Assembly: GCA_965197905.1 (NCBI GenBank)
Contig: CBDAOB010000004.1
Coordinates: 32,001 to 96,000, forward strand
Reading direction: 5' to 3'
DNA: 64,000 bases
From: Candidatus Latescibacterota bacterium
GTDB lineage: Bacteria > Latescibacterota > UBA2968 > UBA8231
The stretch's first letter is position 1, and the number at the start of each line of letters is the position of its first letter. Below, in pieces: positions 38,160-49,374 of this stretch. The notes beneath the pieces were generated by a model that searched no databases, was not told where the DNA came from, and was given only the letters and a program-made list of their open reading frames with translations. The translations under genes and the position numbers were made by a program.

Positions 38160-39988
38160 ATGGCAGGAAAAGAGTTTTATTACCACTGGAAGTGGCGACT
38201 GGCCGCCAGCCCGGAGAAGCTGTGGCCGCTGATCGCGGACACAAATCGCTTCAATAAGGATACGGGGCTGCCGCCCGTCATCAAGGTGGATGCACAGGAC
38301 CGGTTGCCCAATGCCCGCCGGCGATTGAGCTTCTCGAAAATGGGGGTCACCGTGGCCTGGGAGGAAGAGCCGTTCCAGTGGATCGAACCACGGCGTTTCA
38401 GCGTCGTGCGGAGATACACCAGCGGGCCTATTGCCGAGATGCGCGTGCTCGCCGAGCTGGAATCGCAGGACGGAGAGGGAACCGACCTGAGTTATCAGGT
38501 CTGGGCGCGCGGCCGCGAAACCTGTTGGGATCGTTGGCGATACCGATTCAAATCGGCATGGTGAGCGCCCGAAGCTTCGCCAAGGTGTTCGAGAGCTACG
38601 ACGAGGTTGCAACCAGCGACCAGCCGACCTACGAGTTGCCGGCCGCACCGGTTGAATTCACCTCCGGCGGACAGGAGAGACTAGCCGGGCTGAGGGAGAG
38701 CCTGTTGGCGGAGGACGCGGATCCACAGCTGGTCCAACGTCTCACCACGGCTATTGAAGAGTTCGACGATATGTCGGCCAGCCGCATGCGTGCCTACGCG
38801 CTGGCCGACACCTGGGATGCACCGCGACGCAAGGTTCTGGAGCTGTGTCTGTATGCCACCCGAGTCGGGTTGCTGGAATTCGAGTGGGACCTGCTCTGCC
38901 CCCTCTGCCGTGGAACCAAAGCTCGCAACAGCTCGCTGGGAGGGATCGAGCCCGAGGTGCATTGCGATACCTGCAACATCGATTTTGACGTCAACTTCGA
39001 GCGCTCCGTCGAGCTGACCTTCCACCCCAATCCCTCGATTCGCTCGATCGAAAGTGGCGAGTTCTGTGTCGCCGGTCCGCGGGTTACGCCCCACGTCGTT
39101 ATGCAACAGCTGATGACACCGGGCGAGACGCGCGAGGTGACGCCGCATCTGGAACAGGGACGTTACCGCCTGCGCGCATTCGAGATTTCGGGTGGTCAAT
39201 TTGTTCGGGTCACCGACGGCGCGGTGCAATCCCACCATACAATCATCGATGGAAATTGGTCCGACGGGGAAGTCTCCCTGGGAATCGGCTCGAGTTTGAA
39301 GCTTGAGAACCGGACGGAAGACGAACAATTGATTGTTCTGGAACGGCTGGCGTGGACCGACGACGCCACGACCGCTGCGGAGGTTACCGCTCTGCAACGG
39401 TTTCGCGACCTGTTTGCCGGGGAAGCGCTGCGTCCGGGGGAACGCATCTCCGTAGGAAGTCTGGCCGTCTTATTCACCGACCTCTGCGGATCTACCCGAC
39501 TCTACAACGAGATTGGAGACGCCTCGGCATTTGGCTTGGTAATGAATCACTTCGATGTGTTGATGGAAGCGATTGACGCGGAAGAGGGAGCGATCGTGAA
39601 AACGATCGGCGACGCCATAATGGCGGTGTTCAGGCGTCCCGTTTCCGCCATTCGCGCTATTCTCGCCGCCAACGAACGCTTGACTGAGGCGTCGGAAGGA
39701 CTGAGCAAACTGCGTCTGAAGGCGGGCATGCACTACGGGCCGTGCATCGCCGTTACCCTCAACGACCGGCTCGATTATTTCGGATCCACCGTGAATATCG
39801 CCTCGCGCCTCGAACATCTGTCAGAGGGCGCCGACCTGGTGATGTCGGCGACGGTGCACGACGATCCGGAGGTGCGACGATTCCTCGACGAGGCGTCTCA
39901 GTCGTTCAACATCGATCCCACTGCGACCACCCTGAAGGGGTTCGACGAAGCTCAGTTCGATCTGTGGCGCATGAATCTCGAAGTTTGA
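38160..39988 (+). CDS. Class III adenylate/guanylate cyclase with SRPBCC-like and DUF5939-like domains, frameshifted near 38510
   Basis: LWPLIADTNRFN N-terminus in one frame; CPLC/HCDTC, LFTDLCGST, KTIGDAIMA and DYFGSTVNIASRL in another. Confidence 0.85.
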
Positions 39989-40048
39989 GGTAGAAACCGG
40001 GCGATCCGAATTGACGGTTCCGAACAACGCCACTTCTCGGTTCCCTGG

Positions 40049-41734
40049 TCACAAACCTCGCTTCAGCGCTCGAAGATTCTGGCGCGCCCTGTCGAAGGCG
40101 GGGTCGGATTCAAGAGCGCGCTCGAAACGCGATTGAGCCTGCTCCCGCTGCCCCGTTTCCAACAGAATCACACCCAGGTTGTAGTGGGCGGCCGCGTAGC
40201 ACGGATTCAACTCCACTGCTCTGCGTAAAAAACCCAGCGCGGCCCCGTATTCCCGCCGTTTGTACTCCGCCAATCCGAGGTTGAACCAGGCCGGCGGATA
40301 GCTCGGGGAGAGCTGCAGGCAAGATCGCAAGAAACCGATCGCTTTCGTGACTTCGCCGGTTTCGACGTAGCTTCCGCCCAAATCATTGAATACTTCATAG
40401 TAGTCCGGATAAATCTCCAACGCTCGCTGCCAGGCTTCCCGCGCGCCACTCCGGTCTCCGAGTTCGAGCTTCGCGCCCCCCAGAGCGCGCCAGACGCGGG
40501 CGCTGTTGGGATAATTTTCGGCAGCTGCGACAAAAAGGGTGAGGTTGTTTCGCCACTCCTGAATACGCCCTACCGTGAAGAGGGAGAGGGCGAACAGGTA
40601 GGAGAGAGCTACCACCACTGAAACTCGTGGGGAAAGCTGCGCCGAGGCGGCTCGAAACGCCGCTGCGACAGCCATTGAAAATCCGAAAGCGGGAAGATAG
40701 AGGAACCTCTCCGCCATCATGGCGCCGATGGGGACGAGCAGGTTGGAGACTGGAAGCAGGGCGATCGCAGTCCAAGCCCCACCCACAAAGAGCCAGGGCA
40801 ACCGCTGCCAGCTGATAATTCCCAACAAGACGATGGCGGCGGCAGCTGCGACCACGAAGAATGTCGCCTTCGACCACAAGCTCATCTGAAGGGTCAGGGC
40901 GGCGAATGAATAGTCAGCCGACAACCCGATCGGAAGTACCAGCAGGTTCAGGTACCTGCTCATCACAAGTGATGCGTTGAGCAGGCGAAGACCAGGTTCC
41001 AAAGCGATCAAGGGGTTGTCGAGCTCGCTGATGCCTGGAACCGTCAATCCACCAAGAACGTACCAGCGCCAGACCAGGTAGATCGCTGTCAGGGCACTGT
41101 ATTGCAGACAGACCGACAAATGGCATCGGTGAAAAAATGCGCGATATTGTTGGCAATTGAACAGCAGAAACAATGCGGGAAGTACGATTGCGCTCTCTTT
41201 ACACATCAGAGCGGCAACAAACGCCAATCCAGCACCCCAAGGTAACCGGCCGCGCGAGCGGATCTGAAGCTCCGTTGCCAACAGGCCGAACAGGGTCGCT
41301 AACAGGTCGGCACGCCCCACGACTCCCGCCACTGCTTCGGTTTGCACCGGATGGGTGGCGAAGATCAGGGCGCCCAGAGCCGCCAATCGGTGCTCCATCG
41401 TTGCAAGAGCGATGACACGAAAGACCAACAGTACGACCAATCCGTGTAGAATAGCGTTGGTCAAGTGATAGGAGAACGGATCTTGTCCCCCGACCGCGTA
41501 GTTGACGGCGAAGGTCAAGACGGTCAGAGGGCGGTAGAGTCCCGAGCGGTCCCCATGGTACCCCGCCCAATAGTCCGAAGTGAAGATTTCGACCGGGTCG
41601 AATCGGTGTACGATCGGGTTGTCACGGACCGCGGTTTCGTCGTCGAGGACGAACTGGTTGCGCACGGTACTGATGTAGAGCAACGTTCCCAGCAGGGCCA
41701 ACGTAGATGCAGTGGAGAGTAGCTTTGTCATCAT
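40049..41734 (-). CDS. TMTC-like GT-C membrane glycosyltransferase with C-terminal TPRs
   Basis: FVLDD, LYRPLT, FATHPVQTEAVAGVVGRADLL, KESAI, LSADYS, AERFLYLP and TPR repeats. Confidence 0.85.
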   Translation of the reverse strand: MMTKLLSTASTLALLGTLLYISTVRNQFVLDDETAVRDNPIVHRFDPVEIFTSDYWAGYHGDRSGLYRPLTVLTFAVNYAVGGQDPFSYHLTNAILHGLVVLLVFRVIALATMEHRLAALGALIFATHPVQTEAVAGVVGRADLLATLFGLLATELQIRSRGRLPWGAGLAFVAALMCKESAIVLPALFLLFNCQQYRAFFHRCHLSVCLQYSALTAIYLVWRWYVLGGLTVPGISELDNPLIALEPGLRLLNASLVMSRYLNLLVLPIGLSADYSFAALTLQMSLWSKATFFVVAAAAAIVLLGIISWQRLPWLFVGGAWTAIALLPVSNLLVPIGAMMAERFLYLPAFGFSMAVAAAFRAASAQLSPRVSVVVALSYLFALSLFTVGRIQEWRNNLTLFVAAAENYPNSARVWRALGGAKLELGDRSGAREAWQRALEIYPDYYEVFNDLGGSYVETGEVTKAIGFLRSCLQLSPSYPPAWFNLGLAEYKRREYGAALGFLRRAVELNPCYAAAHYNLGVILLETGQREQAQSRFERALESDPAFDRARQNLRALKRGL

Positions 41735-41774
41735 CAAGCAAGTATAGCAAAATCGCCCGGCCGCAGCGGGAGCC

Positions 41775-43958
41775 ATGAGTCCCAAACCCGTCTGGCTGAA
41801 CGACCCATCCGATCCTCCGTTTGTGTACGCCAGATGCTGTTTCCACCTCTCTGGATCGGTAACCGCGGCTCATCTTCGTTGTGCATCAACGGGAGAGTAC
41901 CTGTTGTACGTCAATGGGACAGAGAGCGCCCGGGGGCTTCGCAACACCCTCTCTCCGGACCCGGTCTGGCAGGAGGCTAAGATCGCAGAGAGCCTGGTTC
42001 CCGGCGACAACGAACTCTTGCTGCTGCTGGGAAACGGCGAGCGCGGCCAAACCTCCTGGTTTATGGCGGAGGGAACGGTTGTCACTGACGCTGGAAAACG
42101 GGTGGCGATCGGTCGGCGTTGGAAAATGCAACCTGCAGCCGCCTGGTCCAAATCTGACGTGCACCCAGGAATCCTGGTGTACGAGGCACAGCAAGACAGA
42201 GTGCCTGGCGGCCCCATCCAAATGGATGCTTCCGCCTGGTCCGACGCAGTGGTCGTGACCGCAAGCGGGCCACCTCGTGAATGGCACCCTCACAGGTTCG
42301 AGTTGAGCGAGGTGTTCGCGAGGACGATACACTGCGCTGGGGAGGTCCCGGCTAACAAGGCCTTGGATTTTGTCGAGCAACCGGACTCTTTCGAGCAGTG
42401 CAAGTTTGTGCAACGACAGGATTTGCTCAAACCTACAGGAGCGTTGACCCGCATCGCAACTGGTGATAGCGACAGAGCCGTTTTCCTGGTGCTCGACTTC
42501 GGTCGAGTTCTGCGGGGATACCCGCGGTTGCGAATGAGCGCCGAAACCGGGAATGTCATCGACCTGGGTTGGGCTCAAATAACCGACGGACTGTGCCGCT
42601 GGATCAGCTACCGGTGCACTTCGGAATATCGAGATTGGTGCAGCCCGATGCTGGCCCGATTCAGGTACCTGGTTCTACGCTTCAGCCATTGCAAAATGGC
42701 GATGTTTATCAACTGCATATCCGTCATGGAACGAAGACGCCCGCCGCTGCACGAAGGCCGCTTCGACTCCAGCGGAGTTGGGGTCGGGGTGTGGAACGTC
42801 GGCATTGCATCGCTGGAGGTGTCTCGGTCGGAGGTATACGAATTTGCCGACTCGGCTAGCGATGGGTCTGGCGTCTACGCCCATGCCCTGAACGACTTCT
42901 ATCAAACTGGGGATACCCGTACCGCTCGTGCAACGCTGGAATGCTCAGCCAAACCAACCAGCGAACGGCAGTTGGCCTGGCTGATTCTCGTTGCTCAGAT
43001 TCACGCTTGGTATTCGGGCGAGATCGACACAGCCCGGACATTCCTGTCCACCTTGGAGAAGCCGTTGCTCGAAGCAAGCGAGCGGCTGCTGGCGGCAAGT
43101 CACTCTGCAAAGGTCGAAGGGATGGATCCGACCAGCCTGGCGATGTTGGCCGCCGCCTGCAGAGCGGCCGCATCCATACACCGATGCACGGGATCCGCCG
43201 AACAGGGGGCGCATTGGTCGACACGCGTCGTTGCACTCCAGAAAATATTGGAGAGATTCTGGTCGGAAGAAGAAAACCTATACCGTTCCTTCCGTAACCC
43301 CGAAGACAATCAGTTGTTGAACGCTTTAATCCTTTTCTTTGATCTCGCCGACGATCTCAGAAAAGCGGCCCTGATCGTCGGGATGCGAGGTATCGACTCG
43401 AACGGAACCACCCCATTGCTGACCCGTTTTTTCGAGATCGGCGGATTTTTCGAGGCGGGTGCCATCGCGTCGGCGATGAGCGGTCTCGAGCAACACTGGT
43501 CCCGTCTCCAGGACCAAAACGGTGCGACTTGGGCCGAGAAAAGAAATGAGGATCCGGGCGCCTGTCCGGGGGCTGACTACTTTCTCGGTTCACGAATCCT
43601 GGGTATCGCGCCCAAATCCCCAGGTTACGAGATCATGTCGATCCGACCGGATGCGGTCGGTCTGGACTTCGCCGCCGGGTTGATCAACACGGTTCGGGGT
43701 CCCGTCGAAGTGGAATGGCGTCACCGGCGCGAGGTCCATCGGTTCGAACTAGACCTTCGGTTGGATTCGGATGGGGAGACCCACATTTGCCTGCCACGTG
43801 GTGAGCTTCGCTTCCCCACCGTGATTCTCAATGGAGAAACCGTCTGGCAGAACGAAAAGGTGCGCCCCAATACCCTCGTGCGCGAGCTGATTAGCGAACC
43901 GAACAGAATTACGTTGGTGTTGGCACAATCAGGTAGGTTCCAGGTCGAGCTGCAGTGA
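41775..43958 (+). CDS. Alpha-L-rhamnosidase-like (GH78) protein, divergent
   Basis: YLLYVNG, VLDFGR, FRYL, GATWAE, ILGIAPKSPGY..IRP and TVRGPVEVEW. Confidence 0.65.
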   Translation: MSPKPVWLNDPSDPPFVYARCCFHLSGSVTAAHLRCASTGEYLLYVNGTESARGLRNTLSPDPVWQEAKIAESLVPGDNELLLLLGNGERGQTSWFMAEGTVVTDAGKRVAIGRRWKMQPAAAWSKSDVHPGILVYEAQQDRVPGGPIQMDASAWSDAVVVTASGPPREWHPHRFELSEVFARTIHCAGEVPANKALDFVEQPDSFEQCKFVQRQDLLKPTGALTRIATGDSDRAVFLVLDFGRVLRGYPRLRMSAETGNVIDLGWAQITDGLCRWISYRCTSEYRDWCSPMLARFRYLVLRFSHCKMAMFINCISVMERRRPPLHEGRFDSSGVGVGVWNVGIASLEVSRSEVYEFADSASDGSGVYAHALNDFYQTGDTRTARATLECSAKPTSERQLAWLILVAQIHAWYSGEIDTARTFLSTLEKPLLEASERLLAASHSAKVEGMDPTSLAMLAAACRAAASIHRCTGSAEQGAHWSTRVVALQKILERFWSEEENLYRSFRNPEDNQLLNALILFFDLADDLRKAALIVGMRGIDSNGTTPLLTRFFEIGGFFEAGAIASAMSGLEQHWSRLQDQNGATWAEKRNEDPGACPGADYFLGSRILGIAPKSPGYEIMSIRPDAVGLDFAAGLINTVRGPVEVEWRHRREVHRFELDLRLDSDGETHICLPRGELRFPTVILNGETVWQNEKVRPNTLVRELISEPNRITLVLAQSGRFQVELQ

Positions 43959-44004
43959 CGCCTAGATGTCGGCCTAGCTCTAGGAAAATGACCCGGGAGG
44001 AGGA

Positions 44005-44703
44005 ATGAACGAAAACCCGTCGGCTCTGCACTATATCGTGCGGGAACCGTCAGTGGAGAATGCGGCGAAGACACCTTTGCTCATGTTGCTACACGGGTAC
44101 GGCAGTAACGAGCAGGACTTTGATGGGGTTGGCTCCTTACCTCGACCCCAGGTGCCTGATCGTCAGCATCCGCGCGCCTCATGCCCTAGACTTCGGGGGA
44201 TACGGGTGGTTTCCGATCGAGATAACGGAGAAGGGGATCCGTTGCTGCACTTCGCCGAAGCGTTGGTTGCCTGCGAGAACGTTTCGAAGGTCGCAAAGAA
44301 AGTCGCTGGCGGAAGAACGCTCCACTGACCCGGCGTGTACCATCCTTGCTTGGCTTCAGTCAGGGTGCCAGCATCTCCGTAGCCGTCGCTCTGAAGGAAC
44401 CGAGTAAAGTTCGCCGCTGTGGCTGCTCTGAGTGGTCGGTGTGTACCGGAGATGATCCCAGCGGACAAAGACGCGGTCCAAGGATTGCCCATCTTGATGA
44501 CTCACGGAGAGTTCGATCAAGTCATTCCCATCGCTCAGGGTAGGGAAGGGCACGAACTGATAAAGCAACTGCCCGTGGATCTGACCTACACCGAATATCC
44601 AATGGGACACGAAATCAATCAGGCGTGTCTGGAGGATGTGCGGCGCTGGCTCTCCGACCGGATCGACCAGTCTCAGCAATCCGCTACCGAACCGTCATCG
44701 TGA
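44005..44703 (+). pseudogene. Phospholipase/carboxylesterase (alpha/beta hydrolase) with several frameshifts
   Basis: LLHGYGSNEQD, SIRAP, GFSQG, HGEFDQVIP and YPMGHEI spread over four ORF fragments; may be assembly error. Confidence 0.85.
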
Positions 44704-45821
44704 AAGACGACATAGGTTTTGGATTTGCCTGCATAGTCTGGCTTTCTGCGGGCACACGCGGACTCGTCCACCTCGACGCCGATACCCGGCTTTTCGGGGG
44801 GTAGGATATGGCCGTCTATGACCGGGAGAGGATCGACTACCAGCTCCTGTGCTTCGGGCGTTGTCGCCGGGTCCAGCATCTCCTGGATGACGAAATTGGG
44901 TGACGTCAAATCCACCTGTACACAAGCGGCTGTGGCCAGTGGACCGTAGGGATTGTGCGGCGCGATGCCGGCATAATAAACTTCGGCCATGGCGGCGATG
45001 CGGCGCATTTCGCTGATGCCTCCCGCGTGGCAGGTATCCGCCTGCAACAGGCTGGCCGCCTGACTCTCGAGGATCTCTCGGAATCCCCACCTCGTAAACA
45101 ACCGTTCGCCGGTGGCAACGGGGATGGAAACGGCCCGTGCCACGGGCGCCATGGCTTGCGGATTTTCCGCCTGACAGGGCTCTTCTATGAAAAGCGGCTT
45201 GTACGGCTCGAATACCTTGCCGTATTGAATAGCCATCTGGGGCGTCGGCCGACCGTGGAGATCCAACAGGATATCGACCTCATCACCAACCGCCTCCCGC
45301 GTCGCCCGTAGGTTCGCCTCCGCTTCTGCCAGTACCAAAGGTCCATCAACCGGCAACGTCAGCGGGATCGGCACCGTCTTGATGGCGGTCCAACCCGCTT
45401 CCTTTTTGGACAGGGCGTCCGCTGCCAACTGCTGCGGCGAATTGCCGTGAAAGTGGGTGTACACCCGCACCTTGTCACGCACGCGGCCACCGAGCAGTTC
45501 GTGGACTGGCCGACCCAACTCTTTTCCTTTGATATCCCACAGCGCTTGGTCGATACCTGACAAGGCGGACAATCCGATGACTCCGAGGCGCCAAAAGCCG
45601 CCGCGATACATCAGTTGCCAGCAATGCTCTACCCGGCGGGGATCTTCGTCCAGAATGAGCGGTTCCAGGTCCTCGATGCAACCGGCCACCGATCTTGGCT
45701 TCGCTTCGAGGGTTGCTTCTCCCCAGCCAACGAGACCGGGTTGGTCGGTTTCGACCTTGGCAAAAACAATGATGCGGTGACCCCCGTCGGCGACGATCGG
45801 CTTAACGCCGGTGATTTTCAT
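44673..45821 (-). CDS. dgoD: Galactonate dehydratase-like enolase-superfamily protein
   Basis: GWGEATLE, SGIDQALWDIKGK, DLHGR, FIEEP, ATGERL and APHNPYGP. Confidence 0.85.
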   Translation of the reverse strand: MKITGVKPIVADGGHRIIVFAKVETDQPGLVGWGEATLEAKPRSVAGCIEDLEPLILDEDPRRVEHCWQLMYRGGFWRLGVIGLSALSGIDQALWDIKGKELGRPVHELLGGRVRDKVRVYTHFHGNSPQQLAADALSKKEAGWTAIKTVPIPLTLPVDGPLVLAEAEANLRATREAVGDEVDILLDLHGRPTPQMAIQYGKVFEPYKPLFIEEPCQAENPQAMAPVARAVSIPVATGERLFTRWGFREILESQAASLLQADTCHAGGISEMRRIAAMAEVYYAGIAPHNPYGPLATAACVQVDLTSPNFVIQEMLDPATTPEAQELVVDPLPVIDGHILPPEKPGIGVEVDESACARRKPDYAGKSKTYVVFHDDGSVADC

Positions 45822-45885
45822 GGTACGACCCCTTCGTAGTTTTTCTTGGAATGCACAGACCGCGGTCGCTCACTGCGCCCTGCCC

Positions 45886-46986
45886 CTACGCCAGCATGTC
45901 GAGATAATAGTCGGCGGCGACGGACGCTCCGTCTTTCCTGGGTGGCTCTGATCTGTCCATGGTGATCACGGCTTGAAATTTTTCCAGCCACACTTCGCTT
46001 TCTAGATCCACGGTTTTCAATGGCGCGCTTGGAACAAGACGTAGGGTATGCTCGCCGAGCGCGTCGTCTTCGGGGTATCCGTCCCGTGCAAAAAATAGAA
46101 AGGGCACCTGGAAGGCGTGTGCTTCGGCGCACGTGCAATAGCCCAGCTTGCCGATCAAACCGTCCAGGGCACTGAAAATCTCGGAAGTATTGAAACGCGG
46201 GTCGATCCTGCGAAAGCGGGGATGGTCGGTTTTAAACGCGGCGTAACTGACCAAATGCCAGTCCGGCAATGCTTGCAGCAGGATGTCGAAGTCTGGCATG
46301 GTTCCCGGATGGCCTCCGACATTCCACATGAGAACCCGGGCGTCGGGCGGAAGACCCATCTCCTGCCGGATAAGGTTCGGGTCTCGGCCGGAGCGACCGA
46401 CCATCAACGGAATGTCCTTGAGGTCGGAAAACGTCTCCTCCAAACCCACGGCGAACGGCAGGCGCAACACGAGGACGCTCTTTTGGTACCAGTCGCGTGC
46501 CTCCAACGCCATCGGCCTGAGCTCCGGGTGGGGGCCGGACAACCTCAGGTAGAGCCAGTGCCAGTCGAAGTTGGCGTTGACGACGCCGGGTATCTCAGCT
46601 CGCTCGGCGATCTCTAAACCCAGCGGGGCGGTTTCGGAAACCACGAGGGAAGCGCCAAGATCTCGCAGGAAGGCGACCTCTCTGGAGATCAAATCGTCCA
46701 GATTGCGGTAGAGCTGCCGATGGCGGCTTACGGTTCCGGGAACATCGAGGTTGAGCCAGTCCGACTGCCGCAATCCCGGATCAATCTGACGTCGATGTAG
46801 AACAAAGGAATCGGCGGGCAGCCGGCTGAAAAGCCAGTCCGGACGATCGCAGACGAAATGACAAAACGCACCTCTGCGAATCAGCTCTTCCGCGAGAAAG
46901 ATGGCTCGCATTGCGTGACCGAATCCGTGGTCGCTGGTGTAGAAAACGATCTCCAAACGGCTCCTTCGGCAAAAGTGGTGACACAA
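45886..46986 (-). CDS. GT-B fold protein resembling the L-arabinokinase N-terminal domain
   Basis: FYTSDHGFGHAMR, NFDWHWLY, IGKLGYCTCAE and RDGYPED. Confidence 0.75.
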   Translation of the reverse strand: MCHHFCRRSRLEIVFYTSDHGFGHAMRAIFLAEELIRRGAFCHFVCDRPDWLFSRLPADSFVLHRRQIDPGLRQSDWLNLDVPGTVSRHRQLYRNLDDLISREVAFLRDLGASLVVSETAPLGLEIAERAEIPGVVNANFDWHWLYLRLSGPHPELRPMALEARDWYQKSVLVLRLPFAVGLEETFSDLKDIPLMVGRSGRDPNLIRQEMGLPPDARVLMWNVGGHPGTMPDFDILLQALPDWHLVSYAAFKTDHPRFRRIDPRFNTSEIFSALDGLIGKLGYCTCAEAHAFQVPFLFFARDGYPEDDALGEHTLRLVPSAPLKTVDLESEVWLEKFQAVITMDRSEPPRKDGASVAADYYLDMLA

Positions 46987-47022
46987 CAGATAAAGGGAAA
47001 GACTCTGTAGCCTCAGGCGGTA

Positions 47023-48039
47023 TTACTCGCTCCAACCAGCGGATTCTTCACGTGTGATCTCGGCCATGGCGTCGAGCCAGGAGGGGTGTTCGTTGAGGCA
47101 AGGGCTCAAGTGCAGCTGTTTCCCTCCGCCCTCGGCAAACAAGCGAGTGCCTTCATTGCCGATCTCATCCAATGTCTCCAAGCAATCGGCGGTGAAGCCA
47201 GGGCAGGCGGCGACCAGAAGTTCCAACCCCTGCTTTCCCAATTCGCCTAGGATATCCTCCGTATATGGTTGCAGCCACGGCTCCTTTCCGAACCGAGACT
47301 GGAAGCCGAGCACCCATTCGCTATCTCCGAGCCCCAGGGTCTGAGCCAACAAATTAGCGGTGGTCTCGCATTGCTCACGATACGGATCTCCTTCCTGGAC
47401 GTATCGATTCGGGATACCATGGAAGGTCAGCAGGACGCGGTCTGGCTTGGAGCTTAGCCCCGACAGCTCCTGCTGCAACACGCTCTTTAGTGCTCCGATG
47501 TAGGCCGGATGCCCAAAATAGGGAGGGACGAAACGAAGGGTCGGCATCACCCGTCGTCGTTCGAAGAACAGGAAACATCGCCGCCCCATCGCGGCTCGCG
47601 TGACGGCGTCGTAGATAGACCCGGTCGTGCTGGCAGAAAACTGGGGAAACATCGGAAACACCAGAATGCGATCGATGCCCTCCTGCATCAGGCCTGCCAT
47701 GGCGGAGTCGATGGAAGGCTCGCCGTAGCGCATTCCCAACACTACCTTGAACCGATCGCTCAAACGCGCCTGCAACCCCTCTACCTGTGCCCGGGAGTGA
47801 ATCAGGAGGGGGGATCCATCTGCGGTCCAGATGCGACGATAGAGCCGAGCGGAGCGTGCGGGTCGCCTGGTCAGCACGAACAGGTACAAGATGGGAAGCC
47901 ATTTCCATCGCGGCAGATCAATAACCCGTGGGTCCGAAAGAAACTGTTTTAGGTACCGTCTCAACGCCGCTGAAGTCGGTGCTGCAGGAGTTCCTAGCTG
48001 CGCAATGAGAACGCCGATTCTGCTCTGGGATTCACCCAC
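47023..48039 (-). CDS. hemH: Ferrochelatase
   Basis: QLGTP, FLSDPRVI, GMRYGEP, FHGIP, FQSRFGKEPWLQPYT and FTADCLETLDEI. Confidence 0.97.
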   Translation of the reverse strand: MGESQSRIGVLIAQLGTPAAPTSAALRRYLKQFLSDPRVIDLPRWKWLPILYLFVLTRRPARSARLYRRIWTADGSPLLIHSRAQVEGLQARLSDRFKVVLGMRYGEPSIDSAMAGLMQEGIDRILVFPMFPQFSASTTGSIYDAVTRAAMGRRCFLFFERRRVMPTLRFVPPYFGHPAYIGALKSVLQQELSGLSSKPDRVLLTFHGIPNRYVQEGDPYREQCETTANLLAQTLGLGDSEWVLGFQSRFGKEPWLQPYTEDILGELGKQGLELLVAACPGFTADCLETLDEIGNEGTRLFAEGGGKQLHLSPCLNEHPSWLDAMAEITREESAGWSE

Positions 48040-48175
48040 GAAGGTAGCTTCTTATAACCCTGGTGACAGGAATGCTAAATAGCCGTGCGCCTGCCCAATG
48101 CCCTGATTTTGTCGAGATTCTCGATTGCATTTTAATATATGGGAAGGTCAACTACGAGCCAGCGAGCGAGACGGC

Positions 48176-48922
48176 ATGAGAGATCTATCAACAACCTTCG
48201 CCAAAGACCGGCCCGGACACATCGTCTTGATGCTCATCGCTCTTATTTCCACAAATGCTAGCGCCTTCGGAGCGGAAGACGGGCCACTCCTGCGGCGCGA
48301 CCTGATGAACCTGACGCACCCGCAAAATCTCGTTATCTCGACATTGGGATTAGGTGTTGCCGGAATCGCGCACAGGTGGGATGACGATCTTGCCGGTGAG
48401 GTCGGCGACATCAGGGTATTACATGAGGTGTTGGACCTGGGGAACCTGTACGGCTCAAGCACTCTCAGCCTGACGTTTACCGCCGGAATGTGGGGGTTGG
48501 CAAAAATCACAGGTGTTTCCAGGGGGGAGGCTATTTTCTCGGATCTGGTCCGTGCCATTCTGTTGGCAAACGTAGTGGTAACACCGATCAAGTTCCTCGC
48601 TCAGCGCGAGCGACCCGACGGCAGCAACAGGCTCTCTTTTCCTTCTGGACATTCTGCGAACGCCTTCGCCATGACAACGGTGCTGGCGCGGCGATACGGT
48701 CCGAAGCTAGCGATGCCCCTCTACGCTCTTACCGCTGTGGTTCCAGCGGCCCGAATCGATCGCAACCGCCATTTCTTTTCCGATGTGGTTGCCGGTTCGA
48801 TTCTCGGAGTAGTGGCGGGATACGCGGTTACCCTGCGGACCTCGGATGACGAAACGCCGCTCATGATCCGACCCTCATACGGCGGTAGGTCGCTGTCGGT
48901 CGAAGCATCGTTGCGTTATTGA
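48176..48922 (+). CDS. PAP2 family phosphatase
   Basis: KFLAQRERP, SFPSGHS and RIDRNRHFFSDVVAG. Confidence 0.9.
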   Translation: MRDLSTTFAKDRPGHIVLMLIALISTNASAFGAEDGPLLRRDLMNLTHPQNLVISTLGLGVAGIAHRWDDDLAGEVGDIRVLHEVLDLGNLYGSSTLSLTFTAGMWGLAKITGVSRGEAIFSDLVRAILLANVVVTPIKFLAQRERPDGSNRLSFPSGHSANAFAMTTVLARRYGPKLAMPLYALTAVVPAARIDRNRHFFSDVVAGSILGVVAGYAVTLRTSDDETPLMIRPSYGGRSLSVEASLRY

Positions 48923-48984
48923 CATTCGACGGCCCTCCGGGTAGATTGCAAATGAGAGCCGACGCATTCGAAACACTGAACATC

Positions 48985-49374
48985 ATGCGAAAATCACTCT
49001 GCGGTACCTCCATCCTTGCCCTTGTACTGGTGGTCGCCATCCAGGCCCCTGGTCTGTACTCTGTCTGCGTTATGTGCAACGACGCGCCGGCGGAGGTGAT
49101 GCGCTGCCACGCCGAGTCCGCATTGCCTTCGGGGGAGAAGGTCGTTCTCCATGCTTCCTGTTGTTGCGAAATAGGTGCCGTGCCAGAGCAGACCGCTGCA
49201 CTGGACCTGCTTGCCGAGCTACCAACCGCTCAGAGCAACCATCTATGGCATGCAGCTGTTTCGCTTCGTCTGGCTTCTCGTGAGACTCCGAGCACGGAAA
49301 AACGACGGCCGGACTCGTCGTTTCGTTATACGAACACCCCTCTTTTTGTGCTGAATAGCTCCTTTCTTATCTGA
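48985..49374 (+). CDS. Small exported Cys-rich protein upstream of the efflux operon
   Basis: Signal-like N-terminus; CVMC, CH and CCC; ends PLFVLNSSFLI. Confidence 0.6.
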   Translation: MRKSLCGTSILALVLVVAIQAPGLYSVCVMCNDAPAEVMRCHAESALPSGEKVVLHASCCCEIGAVPEQTAALDLLAELPTAQSNHLWHAAVSLRLASRETPSTEKRRPDSSFRYTNTPLFVLNSSFLI

